Below are positions 13,634-27,292 of a stretch of DNA of 64,000 bases, piece after piece. Location of the stretch: positions 11,656,001-11,720,000 of the forward strand of contig OZ287751.1 of the NCBI GenBank assembly GCA_965649765.1, read 5' to 3'. The first letter of the stretch is position 1; each line of letters opens with the position of its first letter. The notes below the pieces were generated by a model. It did no database searches. It had not been told where the DNA came from and was given only the letters and a program-made list of their open reading frames with translations. Made by a program: the position numbers and the translations under genes. The stretch comes from Bispira polyomma (Eukaryota).

Positions 13634-16452
13634 TTAGATATTATAATCCAGGTTAAAATGTGTTATAGGAACCTCCTTGCGTGTGCAATGGCTTAATTTC
13701 TCCAGCACTTCTTGTTTAGGGGGATTATCTGAATATATGCATGAAAGTGCGTCTGCCCATATATTCTCCTTACCTTTTATATGCTGTATGTTCAGAGTAA
13801 TGTCCAGTATGGAAGATATCAACCAAATGTTCCGAATGCATGCTGCTAAGAAGGGGTCCCTAGTTTTGCCGGTCTGGACAACCAAGACTACAGCCATGTT
13901 ATCACAGTGTAAAGTAACTTTCTGGTGAGCCCAGTCCTCACCCCAGATCCTTAATGCAATTACAATATTGATCATCTCTAATTGGGTTATGTGTAACTTC
14001 TGTTGGTAAATATTGTATACAGGTGTATAATAAATCTGTGAGCCCCATATGCCACCTAGTCCTGTTAAGCAAGCATCCAAATGGAGTTCAGTATATTCGC
14101 TAATAGTAGAAGGGACAATGAAAGTAATTCCATTGTATTTAAACAGGAAGGCGACAAACCAATCTAAATCTTTTTTTATATTATCTGTAAGTTTGAATCG
14201 CTTGGCACCGGGCGAAGCCCTGAATACAGAAAGTAACCTATTGATAAAGCACCTAGCTGGTTTTACACACTTGTGAATATACAGCAATTTGCCGAGTATG
14301 GACTGGAATTTTGAACGTGATAACCATGATTTTGTGCGTGCTTCCACACATGCGTCGTAAATTTCCTTTATTTTTTGGGGAGTTATGCTAATAGTGCCCT
14401 CGTTGATGTTAATGTCAACGCCTAAGAATGTGACACATGTAGAAGGGGGTGAAATTTCCGGGTTCATTGGGAGGCCAAGATCTCCTAACAATGTGCAGAG
14501 GATATCAAAACCTTGTTGCGCCTCCGATTTCTGACAGACGCAAATATAATCATCGATATAGCATGAAAGGTCATACCCTTGCTTAGCCATGTGATCTGCA
14601 ATAATGTCTGAACATCGCTGGAAGACGGCACTTCCGTGCGCCCACCCAAATGCGACTGCAGCGTCGACATAGTATTTATTGTCATGACATATATCGAGTT
14701 TAAGAGCATCGACGGGGTCCACTCTTAAATTTTGAAAAGCTCTGGCCACATCGACCTTAAACATAACTGGTTCAGAAAATTTCAAAATGTTAGAAGTAAC
14801 CGTATCTATGTTGGGAAACTTAAGAAGAAATTTGGTGTTGCCATAACTGTCCCTACTGACGTGATCATTTACTGAATCACCCAATGGGTGGGAAAGATTT
14901 AGAATGATTCTACGTTTATCCTGATCTTTAGGTCTGGTTAACAAGGGGGAACAATGGTAATGTGGATCTGGAAGTATGTCCACTGGACCTAACATGGCCC
15001 CTTTAGACTTCTCTTTCTCAAGATATTGAACAATCGCATTTGAGTATTCAAGAGCCGAGTGATGATTAGTCACGTGTTTAGCTTGCAACTGATCTGCATT
15101 ATATAATGACAACGGAAAACCGAATTTCAAGTATTGTGTAACTATCTTATCTGGGTGATCCTGCGTTATTTTTTCCCATGCAGCGATATTTAGTTGAGAC
15201 TTGATAGGTATTCGTGCCTGTCTGTAATTCGGAAGTCCTGTGTCTGTTATAATGTTTGCAACATGCATAATGTTCTCAATACTATCTAGCAGAACCGAAT
15301 CCCTGTCTGGTCCTACAAATTGAAATGGAGTACTAGTAAGCTTGATAAAACCTGTGTTTTTATCAGGGTTGTCGATGTCCTTATTGGGTAACGCTTTTGA
15401 AGAAGAATTAACCTCCATGTCAGGGCCCACCAACCCATCCAGGTTGTTAATGAGCGGAGCGGAAGTACAACTCACCTTGTGCATTTTTTCCCAATTATCT
15501 TATTTTGAACTTTATTACATTTAACATACATGGTATCTTTTTCAATGATCTTATCTATGATATTACACATGTACTGAGAATAATCATGACCAAAAGTGAT
15601 ATGACATGCCAGGTCCTTACTACAGTTGTCATGAGCGTCTGCTGCCCCCATCATTTCCTTGTCATTAAACTTATATGCCCTGTTCCAGCTGTGACTGGTC
15701 ATGATGATTTCCTGCCTTTCTACAACATCTAACCGAAAGCCTGGCATGGCATCCAAGCGTGTATAATTGAAAGTATTACCTGCCTGATCCCACTCCCTAG
15801 TGCAAAAACCTGACATGTCATGATAATTTGGAAACTGCAAGTATACCAAAGCTTTAACCATGCCATTGCTGGAATAATAATCATAGTAATCATAATTCAT
15901 TACAGAAACTATACATTCAGTCTCAAAAGTGCCTCCATACCACAGCACACACTGTTTGTCATATTGTTTATCATCTGGTCTCTGAACATGACAATAGCCA
16001 TGTCTATAATTAAACCCGTCTACATCAAACAGAAAGTTATTATTACCATTGCTATGGTAGCCTAATTGGGTAAATTCAAATTTTTGTGATATTTCCACAA
16101 TGTGATTTTCCTTTCTTGGGAAATCTCCTTTGCTACCCTGCAAATTTCCCTTACAGTGTTTAATCATGTCTGTTTTTTTGTTAAACCTGTCATTGCCCTG
16201 TTCAGAGACACTAGGAATAGTGGTTTCACCATTTCCAATTATTTTTACATTTGTATTTTTTACACTGCTATTTTTAACTATATGGGGCCCCTGTGGGGTC
16301 CTCTGTGATTCTTTTGAACCAACTAAACATATACTTTTTACCTTACGGTTGTCGTCATTTCCAACATTATTATAATTACTGACTATATCTCTAGTACTCT
16401 TAAATAAACTACACTCTCTGATAGTTCGTTTACTTGGTTGTCGACCGACTTC
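13634..16452 (-). pseudogene. E1 pol: N-terminal extension + RT + RNase H (one frameshift near 15480)
   Basis: KVDVARAF, AFGWAHGS, YIDD, LDACLTGLGG, LEMIN, CDNMAVV, ADALS; frame open from the gag TAG (16453) to 15472. Confidence 0.92.
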
Positions 16453-17599
16453 CTAACTGGGTGTCTGCTTGTCCGAGGATCTTTTGGCGACATTCGCCTT
16501 AACACATTTGAATTCTGGATGTGTGTTCTCCCTATTTGCTGAGCGAAAACAATGGTTACATATGTGGCGATATTGTCCGTGGTCGGACTCGTGGTTGCAA
16601 GTGCCGTTATTGTAAAATTTACAAACATTCTTGGGTTTTTGTGATGCCTGTGATGCCTGTGGGGCCGTTAATCAGAGCCAGCTGCGATGTATTCATGCGA
16701 TTTAGAGCCCACTGTGTAGAGTTCGACCAATCCAGTCTACCCTCTTCCACCTCCTGCATGTTCAATGCCCAACCTGCTCTAACACCTGGCCAGGGAAGAG
16801 AAGCCGAATCCCTCAGAGTATAAATCATTTGGTACATCATGTGCCGCATGGTAGTGGCATCTGAGACTTGTACAATGTTAAATAACTGCCCGGCAGCCAA
16901 CTGTGACAGTGAGAGATCATCAAAGCTAGGTCGTTTCCGAGCAGTGCCTCCAATCCAGCCCTCGTTTGACCACCGAGATTGTGGATCAGACGTAATAACG
17001 TCCGTGGTGTTAAACCGATCGGATTTGTGTCTGAGGGAGGTCTTACCTTGCGACAGGTCCGTCCTAAGCTGCACGTCATAAGCCGCCAGTCGTTGATTTA
17101 CTGCAGCGTTAACCTCAGGTAGGGTCTTCAAAACATCCGGTCGAGGGATAATGCCATCCCGCTGGTAGTCTTGGTGAAGAGCAGCCACTGGGGCCCTGTA
17201 CTGAATGGCCTGAGCCGTGTGGACGTCTGTATGCGTGTGAGGGACGTAGTGATTACCCGGCAGAATCAGGGGAAGTTTGTCTGCAATGGGTGGCCGTAGT
17301 TCTATCATGGTATTGTTGGCGCCCTGCTGTGTAGGAGAGGTTAATGGGGCCGAGTTACACGCACCTGTCAATCCCACCTTATCGAGCCGTCTATTAATTT
17401 CAGAATTTGCTGATTCCAGCCTTTTTAAAATAGTCATTACGTCTGAAATACCATTCTCACCCGTCGCTGTCTGTGCTTCTGTCTCCTTTGTGATCCTAAG
17501 TTTCCTAACTACTGGATCTGTGCCTTTGGTTGTCCCGCGTTTAGAGGTCGTTTTCTTCTTGGATAACGGAATACTACCTGGTGTTTTCGTCTTCCCCAT
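16453..17599 (-). pseudogene. E1 gag (frameshift near 16635)
   Basis: Homologous to E3 gag (RWSNEGW, LRDSASLPW, TQWALNR); C-terminal CKFYNNGTCNHESDHGQYRHICNHC..HPEFKC zinc-finger region in the shifted frame. Confidence 0.88.
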
Positions 17600-17671
17600 A
17601 TTGTGTAAATATTAAAACACTAATAAAATCACTTGTTGTAAAAGAACATAAAACTTTAAATGTATCACATT

Positions 17672-17896
17672 TATAAAAAATTTTTTTTTATTTGTTGTTG
17701 ACCCTTCTAATGCTTGGTCTAATATGGCACCCAAAAGTGGGGATACAATTTCTAATTAAGGGTGGCCTAATTAGTGATTGGTTCATTAGGACATGTGTGA
17801 GGAAAATGTGTGTGAACAAGAATAGTCTCTTTAAAAGGGGTATTTATTGGGATGGTGAACTGATTCAGCAGACCCCTAAAGTTGTCGTGCTCGACA
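17672..17896 (-). repeat. E1 split repeat A1 (5' end)
   Basis: Matches 12234-12458; begins tgtcgAGCACGAC..TAGGGGTCTGCT..TCAGTTCA like E3 A. Confidence 0.95.
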
Positions 17897-19418
17897 CACT
17901 GAAAGCTAATCAACTCATCTGGGTGGCATATATTTATATATACAAAGGATCTCTGTCTCAATATATATGTATATGTATTGTACCCTAGACATAACTTTTT
18001 AGTATACCAAATGACCTATAAGGCTTCTTACAAACAGATTATCACCGTTGGTCTGAGATTGGTTATTTGGAGTATTTGTTTAAGTTTATACAGTGATGAA
18101 GGTTGTGCAACTTTTGGATACCAGTGTTTGGTGATAAGCTAAAGAGATGAACAGATCAACAGGTTAAAGCATCATATTATGTTACAGGGGGAAATTTGGT
18201 ATATCTGTTACAGTAAATATGCAAAATAAGTAAATAACCGTACTCCATAAAAATTTCCATAAATACGCATATTTACTGGTTTTTAGGTCCATTAAGTTCA
18301 CATATTTACTGAATTGTCTCATTATTCTTCAAGTGATGAATAACTAGTTATGTTAAGTCTTTTTCGTCCATGAGCTGCATCATTACCAGTCGATCTTTAT
18401 TTGAAACATCAATAATAATGTTACAATTAGTCTTCACAATATTTACACCTAAAAATGACTTTTGAAATAGATTTGCTATAATCAATGAAATTTTCTTATA
18501 TTTTTCTGATAATAAAGATTACCAATTTATTAAGTAGATTAATACAGTATATATGTACATGTATAAATAGTTGTTGAGTTCAATATTTATTTTTACAGGA
18601 TAAACTAGAGTGGCACCTGCTGTTGCATTTAAGGTTAGATTTATAACACTTGTATCTGTTGTTTTTGCACTGATTCTCACTACTTCTTAAAGAATTTGAT
18701 AAAAAATTTGTCAACAATTTTAACTAAAAAATCAATATATTGTATTAGATATCCAGTAATACACATTTAAATTTTACATCACATTCTTATTCAAAGTCAT
18801 TTTAAGTTTATCTTAACTAACCTCTAATTGTAAGTTAAATAGCCACAAGTATGGATGATCAGCATTCAATTGTAAGTCTTTGATGAGATTTACCTTGCAT
18901 AGAAGCCACATTTTACAGTTTAAGGTACATCAAAAGTAGAGTTAATAAAAGGTACTTTTAATCTAGGTAGTGCGGCCTTTACAGACATGTAATTGAGTCT
19001 TTGATAATATCAGGATGCAGTAAAAGCCACAGTTATTTGTTTACAATAATATCAATTGAAAATTTAAAAAAAGAGTACAGCTAAACAAGGTTGAACCTTA
19101 GTTGAACATACAAAATCACAGTAAATCTTATTACTCTCTGCCAATGAAAATACATAAACTCTTGTTTACAGTCTCCCAATGAGAGAGAAGAACCTAGTTG
19201 ATATATAAATATATTTAAGTATACATTCATTAAGTAACAGTGACATCTACGAAAACGAGGAAATCCTAAAGCAATGCGGATTGAATGGAATAAATTGCCT
19301 ATTTGTTGGTATTATTTGATAAGTCTTATGATGTACCCTTTAAAAGCATTGACATTTCCTTGTTACTGTTATACAGAGTCTACTGTACATAGGGTACAAG
19401 AGGACAACATGTTTTAAG

Positions 19419-19670
19419 AAATTGAAATTGGGATATTTAACGTCCACTCTAGTACCTGTTTAGGTCATATTGGGATGGGCAGTTGGAAACGCCGGAGAAA
19501 ACACTGCATACAGTTGATCAAGGTTCTGCACTGAAACCAGCAGCCCACAGTAAGGAACTACCACCTTTCCCATATAGGCATCGACGGGAGTCGAACTCAC
19601 GCCGCCCAGAGGTGAGAGACCAGTGATTGTGAAGCGCAATGCTTGCTAACCACTAGGCCACCGCGGCCCC
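19419..19670 (-). mobile_element. tRNA-derived SINE
   Basis: A box TGGCCTAGTGG, B box GAGTTCGACTCC; TSD acatgttttaag (19407-19418, 19671-19682); homologous copies at 53972 and 58651. Confidence 0.93.
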
Positions 19671-19855
19671 ACATGTTTTAAGGACAACACACAAACTAAT
19701 AAGCTATAAATCCACAATGATTTAAACCAAGATTAGATATTGATAATATATATTATTTAAACCAAAAATACAAGTTAACTGATACACAGTGTAAAATACA
19801 GTAACTTTGATGGTCACTGTATACTCAAACCCCAGGCTGTGCCTGATAACAATGG

Positions 19856-20098
19856 ATATGACACCCCTTAGTGTGTCATTATAACGACTTAGTATGTAGT
19901 TATAAGGACATAGCGTATGTCAATATAAAGACTTACTATGTCGTTATAATGACTAAACGTATGTCATTATAACAACTTACTATGTCGTTATAATGACATA
20001 GCATACTAAGTAAAAACAATTATGTCGTTATAACGACATAGTAAGTTGTTATTACGACATAATTGTTTTTACTTAGTTGACCCTTATAGGCTTCAGTA
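19856..20098. repeat. Array of ~21-bp palindromic units (GTCGTTATAACGAC), probably a truncated MITE
   Basis: About 8 units of atgtcgttataacgacttagt; long hairpin actaagtaaaaacaattatgtc...gacataattgtttttacttagt. Confidence 0.75.
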
Positions 20099-21581
20099 TT
20101 AATCAAACAAAACTTCCTGTAATGATATATCTTATTGTAATAATTGAGGATGAATTAAAGTTTCAGTATTTCATTTAAAAAATCTGTTCCAAAATATTGT
20201 TACCAGAACAGGGAAATTTTTACGTGTGGACAATCTCTAGTAAGGTCAGTGCTGCCATGTTGGTATTGTTTAAAAAATCATTTGACCTATTCAGGTCAAC
20301 TAATTAACAATTTGCCGCCAAAGTCATTAGAAAATTGAAAAACAAACAAGCAGCACCACCATCCCAGCCAATTACTGGTGCTGCTTGACTTTTGTAGTTA
20401 AGAAAGTTAAGTTAGTCATTGTGAATCTCAGTAATGCATTTGAATAAATGTAAAAAGTTTCAGGTTTCTTAATTCATTTAAAAAAGGGTAAATGCAAATC
20501 TTTAAACATAGGTAGATATAAATATTCATATTAATTACTTTTTTTACTATTTTTGTTCATCATTGTAACTATGTCAACAATGAGGATGGAAAGATCATCA
20601 TAGATAAGACTTAATATGACATATTTTTATAACTGCCCAAACCAGATATTACCCAGAAAAAATCCGATTGTATGTGTAAATTCAATATTCAAATCTCTGT
20701 TAAAATTCAAAAATTTTGCATGGTATTAGTTATTTGCATTTAATATGGGACTTTCCCTGTAATATATATTTATTTAACTTTGGTATGAGGTTTAACTGAG
20801 AGTTTGTTGTGAATGTCTATATAAACAGGACCAGATACACCAAAACACATCTTTATACTGTCAAACCCAAGCGAATTGGTTTCTTTGAGGTTAAATGTCC
20901 ACATCTAGTAAACAAACTATAGGGAAATATGAATGGACATTAATGGCCATTCAGCGCATTGACATTCTGAGCAAAGTAAATCTGTATAGCTTAAAAAGAA
21001 GAATTATGACTCACCCTTTTGATCAATGTGGGGGCGGGGTGTGGGGGTCACATTGCCTTTCTTCTATTATCTATTTTCTTGGAGTGTGAAGTAGCAAAAA
21101 CCATAACATGGCAGATATATTTTTATCTGAGAGACAGTAAATTACTTACTTTAACTTGTTGCTATGTTTTGGTTTCGCCCAATCATTGTTGTTTTCTACA
21201 TTTTTTCTAAATTTTATATATAAATTGACTTTACTTGCTTTTCTAACTATATTACTGTGTTAATATACTTACAGTTAGAAAAATCAAATAACTTAAAGTA
21301 AGGTATTGAGGTTTTGTACAACAACTGCAGGATAAAGAAAACTCATAGTATGCCTAAGTTCCACTTATACAATGTGTTATCTCAACCGGCGTCAATATAA
21401 AAGTCTGAAGAGGTACTGAGAAGTCTTCAAAGGTCTATCAAAGTCCTAGCACTGTCGTGGAAGTGCTGATAGATCCTGGTTTATTGGCTATAGTCCAGTT
21501 TAGGTGCCTGCAATATTGCTCCTGTCCAAAAACTCTTGCTTAGCAACCAGAAGTTTCTGCTAAATCACAGGGACTCCTGGC

Positions 21582-24500
21582 TAGTCATGTATGTCTTTGT
21601 AGGTAAATCATGATTGTAATCCCGAGCAGTCTTTGTGGAAATTGCATTTCCCTACGTTTATTGCATGATGTTTCTATATTCTTGAGTATAATCTGAGTCA
21701 ATCTTGGTGTGTTATAGGGTAACTTGTAGATAGGGCAGAAGGTTGTCAAGATAAGTCCTGATAAATCCTGGCTACTCCTGCCACATTCTGGCAATGTTGT
21801 GGTGAAATCCTGGCGCATAGGAGGTCTAAGTCTAATCAGGAATGGTCCTAGCATTATCGTATGAAAACTAGTGGTGTTATTGACATGACTCTGTTGGACC
21901 TTTGAAAGTCATGGTCATTTGATCGATGATAGTTCCATCGATAGGACATGAATGTGAAGCCTATGAAATAGAAACTCCTGGATCTACCCCATTTATCTGA
22001 ATCCGTTCCTTAATTTAAAGAATTTTATTAATCCTTGGTCCATCCCCATTGCCATTAAGGTAATGCAAATTAGTTTGACAATTTTTGTGTGGAACCCTGC
22101 TGAGAACAAACAAACCTAATCAGAAAAAAACTTTACCCTGCTTGTCAAAGTTAATAAATACTTTTAGAACTTCATTGATAGTAAACAACTGGAGCAGGAA
22201 AACCCATGCAAACTATTAAGGCTTTATGACGCCAGTCTTGATGCTCTGTCACAACATTTTGAAATGGATACTATTCAAAACTTTAGTCACACCAAAAAGC
22301 AATTCATGGGTAAATACATTAGGCTCCACTGGTGTTTTGATACATTGAAGAACTGAAAAGTCTGTCAAGTGAAGCTTGACATTATTTAAATCCTCTCTAC
22401 ATTATTTCAATCCGCTCTCCATATCTGTAATTATTTGTTGGCTTTTAGTAACCGGAGTAAATGCATGCAGGTTGGGTTTGTAAATTGGATAAAAATGGGC
22501 ACATCAAGGAAAAATATTTATGTTGCTAAAATTGCAACATCTAGTTATATATTGCAAAATATTACATGACAATGTATGTACTGTGCGATTATTATCTGCC
22601 ATCTTGGCCTAGTATGTAATACACTTGCTTTTTGACTGGAACAAGCAAAGACGTAGTGGTTCGGATGATGGCTTGAAATAGCAGTTCCCATCTCTAGTGG
22701 CATGCTAAATAATCTTTGCGATTTTGACAAATGGTCTTTATCAAGCCTCTGTCTTTACTTAGGGAGATGACCGTTACTGGTGCTAGTTGGCCGTACTGGG
22801 ACTGCCATGGAAATGCTTCATCAGGGCCTTTGAATACAAGACAAAAGAGAGTGTGTATTTGAATATAAATACAAATTAATCAAAAAAGCATATTTAAGTT
22901 TTAGATGAAGTGACAGAAATTGACAATTAATTAAATTTATAAATTTTGAGAGAATAATTACCCAAAAATTGCCCTTGAACATGAAAAAAATTAAAGGTAA
23001 TATTTCAATTTCCCGCTGCCATTATTTTGTCACTAAGCGGCAGCCACAACTTGAGGCATTACAATTAGTTCAGAAGTCATCTGAGCTATTCTGCATGCTG
23101 TTACCCACTAGGCCTATATGGAAGCTTGACAAAATAAACACTAACCTTCTAACCTAATTTAAAGTCGCCCTAATGTTACTGTTATTTCATATTTAAGTCA
23201 TCTTAAATTAAGGTAACCTTCAGATTTTGTCAGGTCTAATTCACTTAAGTAATCTGAAATTAAGTGATAGATAGTCTTAACTTTATTAAGGTGGCCTTAT
23301 TTCTAGTTTTGTATATAAAACTGTAGCATAGCTGTAACACAGAATAAACTCAAGCTTTTTTCCACTTTCAAGATAAAATATTCAAGGTCATGTCTCATAG
23401 GAGGAACACTGGATTTTCTAAGTGTTTTAAAAAGATGGAATTTCTTCTCATAGGGAGATTTGTGTCAACATGTTTGAATATATACTGCTTCATTCTACAT
23501 TCGAGAACAATTTCTTCCGGTGATTGGACTAAATCACAGTTGTTAACACAAACCACACTTCCGAAAACTCCTACAACACTTTAAAGGGCTCTTTGCCAAC
23601 CCACACTTATAAGTGACAGTTTGAAAGCACTCCATTGATTGGCCAACATGGAAAGCTCCTTTAAGAAGTCTTTTTATCACAATCATTGCAAATGTAACAA
23701 AAAGGCTAAAAAAACAAAAAACACCCACATAAAGATACCTATATGAAGATATAAACCTAATTTTTGTATGATGTTTCTCCTTGAAATTTGCAAATACTAC
23801 ATCTACTACTAGATGCAAGTCAGACAGACGTTATCATCTCGCATTTCCGCCTACATTTATCTGCTGGTTATAACTGAACTCTAATCACGAACCTTTTCTC
23901 CTATCACACTGTCCTTTTGCACATTGACTGGGATGTAAAAACTAAAACATTAACATAATAATTACCAGCAGATAATTTTCTTGTAAATATAATATGTCAT
24001 CCACATTGTAATAGATTAATACATAGCGTGTTATATGGATATGGTTGGTTGAGCCTGGGCTGTAAAATGGCTGTAAAATGATCCTACTTCTAAAAAATAC
24101 AAAGAAATATAAATAAGCTATATTGTCAAACTGGTAATTGAATTCATAATATCATTCAAACTGTCCTAACAGCATGAAAAGTAACGTATTAGGAGCACCC
24201 TTTGGTGGATCATCTAAATTATTCAAAAACTCATATCCATATTAAAACGACTATAATGAATACATATTGTGGTCAAGTTCGCTGATATATCACTTTGTTA
24301 ATATAGTGCCTCCATGATCTAGCAGTAACACATATCTTTCTATGTGTAGTCATTTTTCCTCTGGGCATCCCTACTGATGTCTCCATAACAAGTTACATTG
24401 ACTTCCCATTCACTATAAAATTTTGTTCTAAAATCAATGTCATAACTTTCATATCTGCTGTCTCACCACATCCCTCTTACCTTGGTACTCATCTTAGCTT

Positions 24501-27288
24501 CAGACTTTCTGTGTCCTCTGTTAAACCCACCAATATAGTTGTGTCTAGTGCTTTCTCAATCAGTGCCCTTGTTATGGAATACTCTCCCAGTTGAGTTTAG
24601 CTCAGTATACTATATTTTCGAAATCTCTTAACCCTCTTAATTCCTTCCCTGTACACTCTCCACATCCTTCATTACAACCTGCACATGCTTTTTACTTCTC
24701 TATTGGTTTAATTGATTCTGTTGTTGCGCTTTAGATGATGCCTCACATTAAGAAGGCATGTTTAAAATGCAAAAATACAATGCACTCGCCTACCACCTGG
24801 GCTGTTGTGGGTTGGCATTGTGTTTTTTGTGAAAAAGTTGCTTCTTTGCACCAACCACCCTTTTTTGATTTCCTCTCTCATTCACCATGACTCAAAGCTT
24901 CATGACACTGACGTTAAACCCAACCATAATCTTGTTGATATGTTATACTTCTTGTGTGAGTAGGGATATTTTGCAACTACTACATAATCAACTTTGTACA
25001 TAATTTTATGAACATGTATCACTTTTATTAAATGCTATTTTATTAGCAATAGATGACTGCTCAATCCATTTGTAATTCATTGCATCACAAAGCAATGACT
25101 GAAAAATGCAAGGATTAATGCATAACCTGCAAGGTTTTCACACAGGCTCATAAAATACTTAATGCAGAAAGACCTTGGTGACACAAAAGGAAAATAGGGC
25201 AGTGAAGAAATACACAAAACTCCACTTACGTTTTGATAAAGCTGAACAAGCAAATACTGCTTTTACCTTAATAAGTGTAAGGTTGAATGTGTCAATTAAT
25301 GTTTGAAATAGACAGTGTTAATGGAAAATCACATTAACTACTGTTTCTAAAACTAACAAATTTTAAATATTTCCCTTTAACAAAATTGAACATTTTGTCA
25401 AATTCTTCTTACATAATTGGTTTGAATGCTTATACTTATATGGAATCCCAAGTAAGGACTTTCTCCCTGAACACCACTGTATAAAGTCCATCACTTTAAG
25501 TATTCTACACAGGCTAATTTAAAAAGTACATTTTAAAGAAAAAACCATAAAGAAAAATAAGAAAGACATTCTGGCAACTTGTAAAGTAACCACAATTTTA
25601 TTGACAGTTCAGAAGACATAGTGATATTGCAGTAATTTTGAAATGTTGAGAATTATAACTGTAGTGAACAGCATGTCATTTTGCATTTAAGAGCTGTTTT
25701 CAAAGATGATCCTAACAGAATTTCCTTGCAATGCAAATTATTTTTCCTAAATAAAAAGTCATGGATGGAAATATTTTATATTTTATTTGCTGACCTTGAT
25801 AAATACTGTTCTGTTAATATAAGAAATATATTGTTCCCTGAAGTGACATTGCACTTATTTTCATTTGGTTAAAATGAGAAATAAATGTCTAATATGCAAA
25901 ATAAGTCGCTAATAAAATAAATACATTGGACAAAAAGATCAGTGGAATCTGAAAGAAAAATCACACTTTTTACAGTATATTTATTTAAATTGGTCAAAAT
26001 TATACAGCTAACACTGATGATTTCAGTCAAATACTACATTTATAAATTTTCTTATTAATAAGAACAACCTAGACAACTTATCACTGATTCTAATAGAGCT
26101 TCTAGTGAGGAAATCAAATTTGTTTTCGAATTGTAGGCATATTTACTGTACACTAAGACTGTACAGGAGACATCTTAAGATATTTTGTGAGTTTAAGTTG
26201 TAAGGCATTTAATCAATACAGACCCTGATGTCAACTCGACCCTGGAGACCAACACAAAATAGCCCTTTGGTGAAGTGGAGAGACATCCTTCTTTAAAGGA
26301 CAAGGGGGTAGTTTAGGAAAGCAACAATTTGGTAACAATTCATATTTCAGACATGGAAATTTTGATTTTGTTTTCTAACAAAATATATCATTCCAGTTTT
26401 GTAGATTTCAGGACAAACAACACTTACACAAATCAGTTGGTAAGTTTTCGAATTCTTCATAATTTATAATGGGTTTAAAAATGAGAATGCCCCCTCGAGT
26501 TTGGAATATAATTTTATTCACATTTAAGATGTAAGACAAACTTAGCGTAAACCAGCTTAAGGTTGCTTCACTTTAAGGTTACCTTACCTTTAAGTTAATA
26601 TTGTGACATGGGTTAGTTTAAGAGCACACGAGTTTAAGTCTTGGGTTAGTTGACTTTCGGGTGACCTTAAATTACGGTTAAGGTAGGACAAAGTTGCTAA
26701 GTAATGAAATTTAAGGTGGTCTTAAATTAGGAGATCATGTATATGATTTTTTGGTAATATCAGCTACGAATGGATAAATGAGATAAAAAATAGCACTAAA
26801 GTACTGTAAAAATACACCTCTGACACCTCTGACACTCATTATAAGGTGACTTAAGGTCCCAATTGCCTCAGGATTTAATGCAAATCCTGTAAATCAATTT
26901 ATGTAGCATTGTGACCTCTGAAGTGTTTACCAGGGACTTAATCCAGCAAAAACTAAATCATATTTAAAATTTCCTGCCAAATAATCTATTTTGCTTTGGG
27001 TAAAGTGGATTGATGTTTGACATTTTACATGAATGTTTTACGGAATTGATTAACAATGAAAGAAAGTATACATTTCATGTGATGTTCCAACTAATTATAT
27101 AATATACTTGAATTATTAGTACACCATCTATTTTTTTGGCCATATTTAACGTAGTGTAAAAAATCCTCTCAACCCTATAAATGTAATTGGTAACTCCATT
27201 AGTTGGTGGTTTTGTTACTGGCTTATCCCTTTCAAATGAATGAACAGAAGCCTTGAAACAAAAAAACAACAACAAATGGACTACTTAC
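21582..27288 (+). repeat. Diverged tandem duplication, copy 1 (~5.7 kb)
   Basis: Colinear with 27293-34749; both begin tagtcatgtatgtc and end acaacaacaaatggactactta. Confidence 0.9.
24460..24782 (+). mobile_element. Old L2-type LINE 3' fragment (duplicated at ~31372-31640)
   Basis: gctttctcaatcagtgccc..ttatggaatactctccca (AFSISAP-LWNTLP) and gcgctttaga...aaatgcaaaaatacaat tail; predates the duplication. Confidence 0.55.
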
Positions 27289-27292
27289 ATGG

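Larger units (their letters stand above)
11184..17898 (-). mobile_element. E1: DIRS-order YR retrotransposon, split direct repeat (Ngaro/PAT-like), full-length, mildly decayed
   Basis: Order on - strand: A1-gag-pol(RT/RH)-YR-B1-A2-spacer-B2; no TSD. Confidence 0.95.

Noticed and set aside
18599-18633. Small host exon candidates (also ~57145-57189)
   Set aside because: AG/GT boundaries exist, but there is no recognisable product or chain of exons
19856-20098. CRISPR-like array
   Set aside because: Contiguous palindromic units without unique spacers, eukaryotic context, no cas genes
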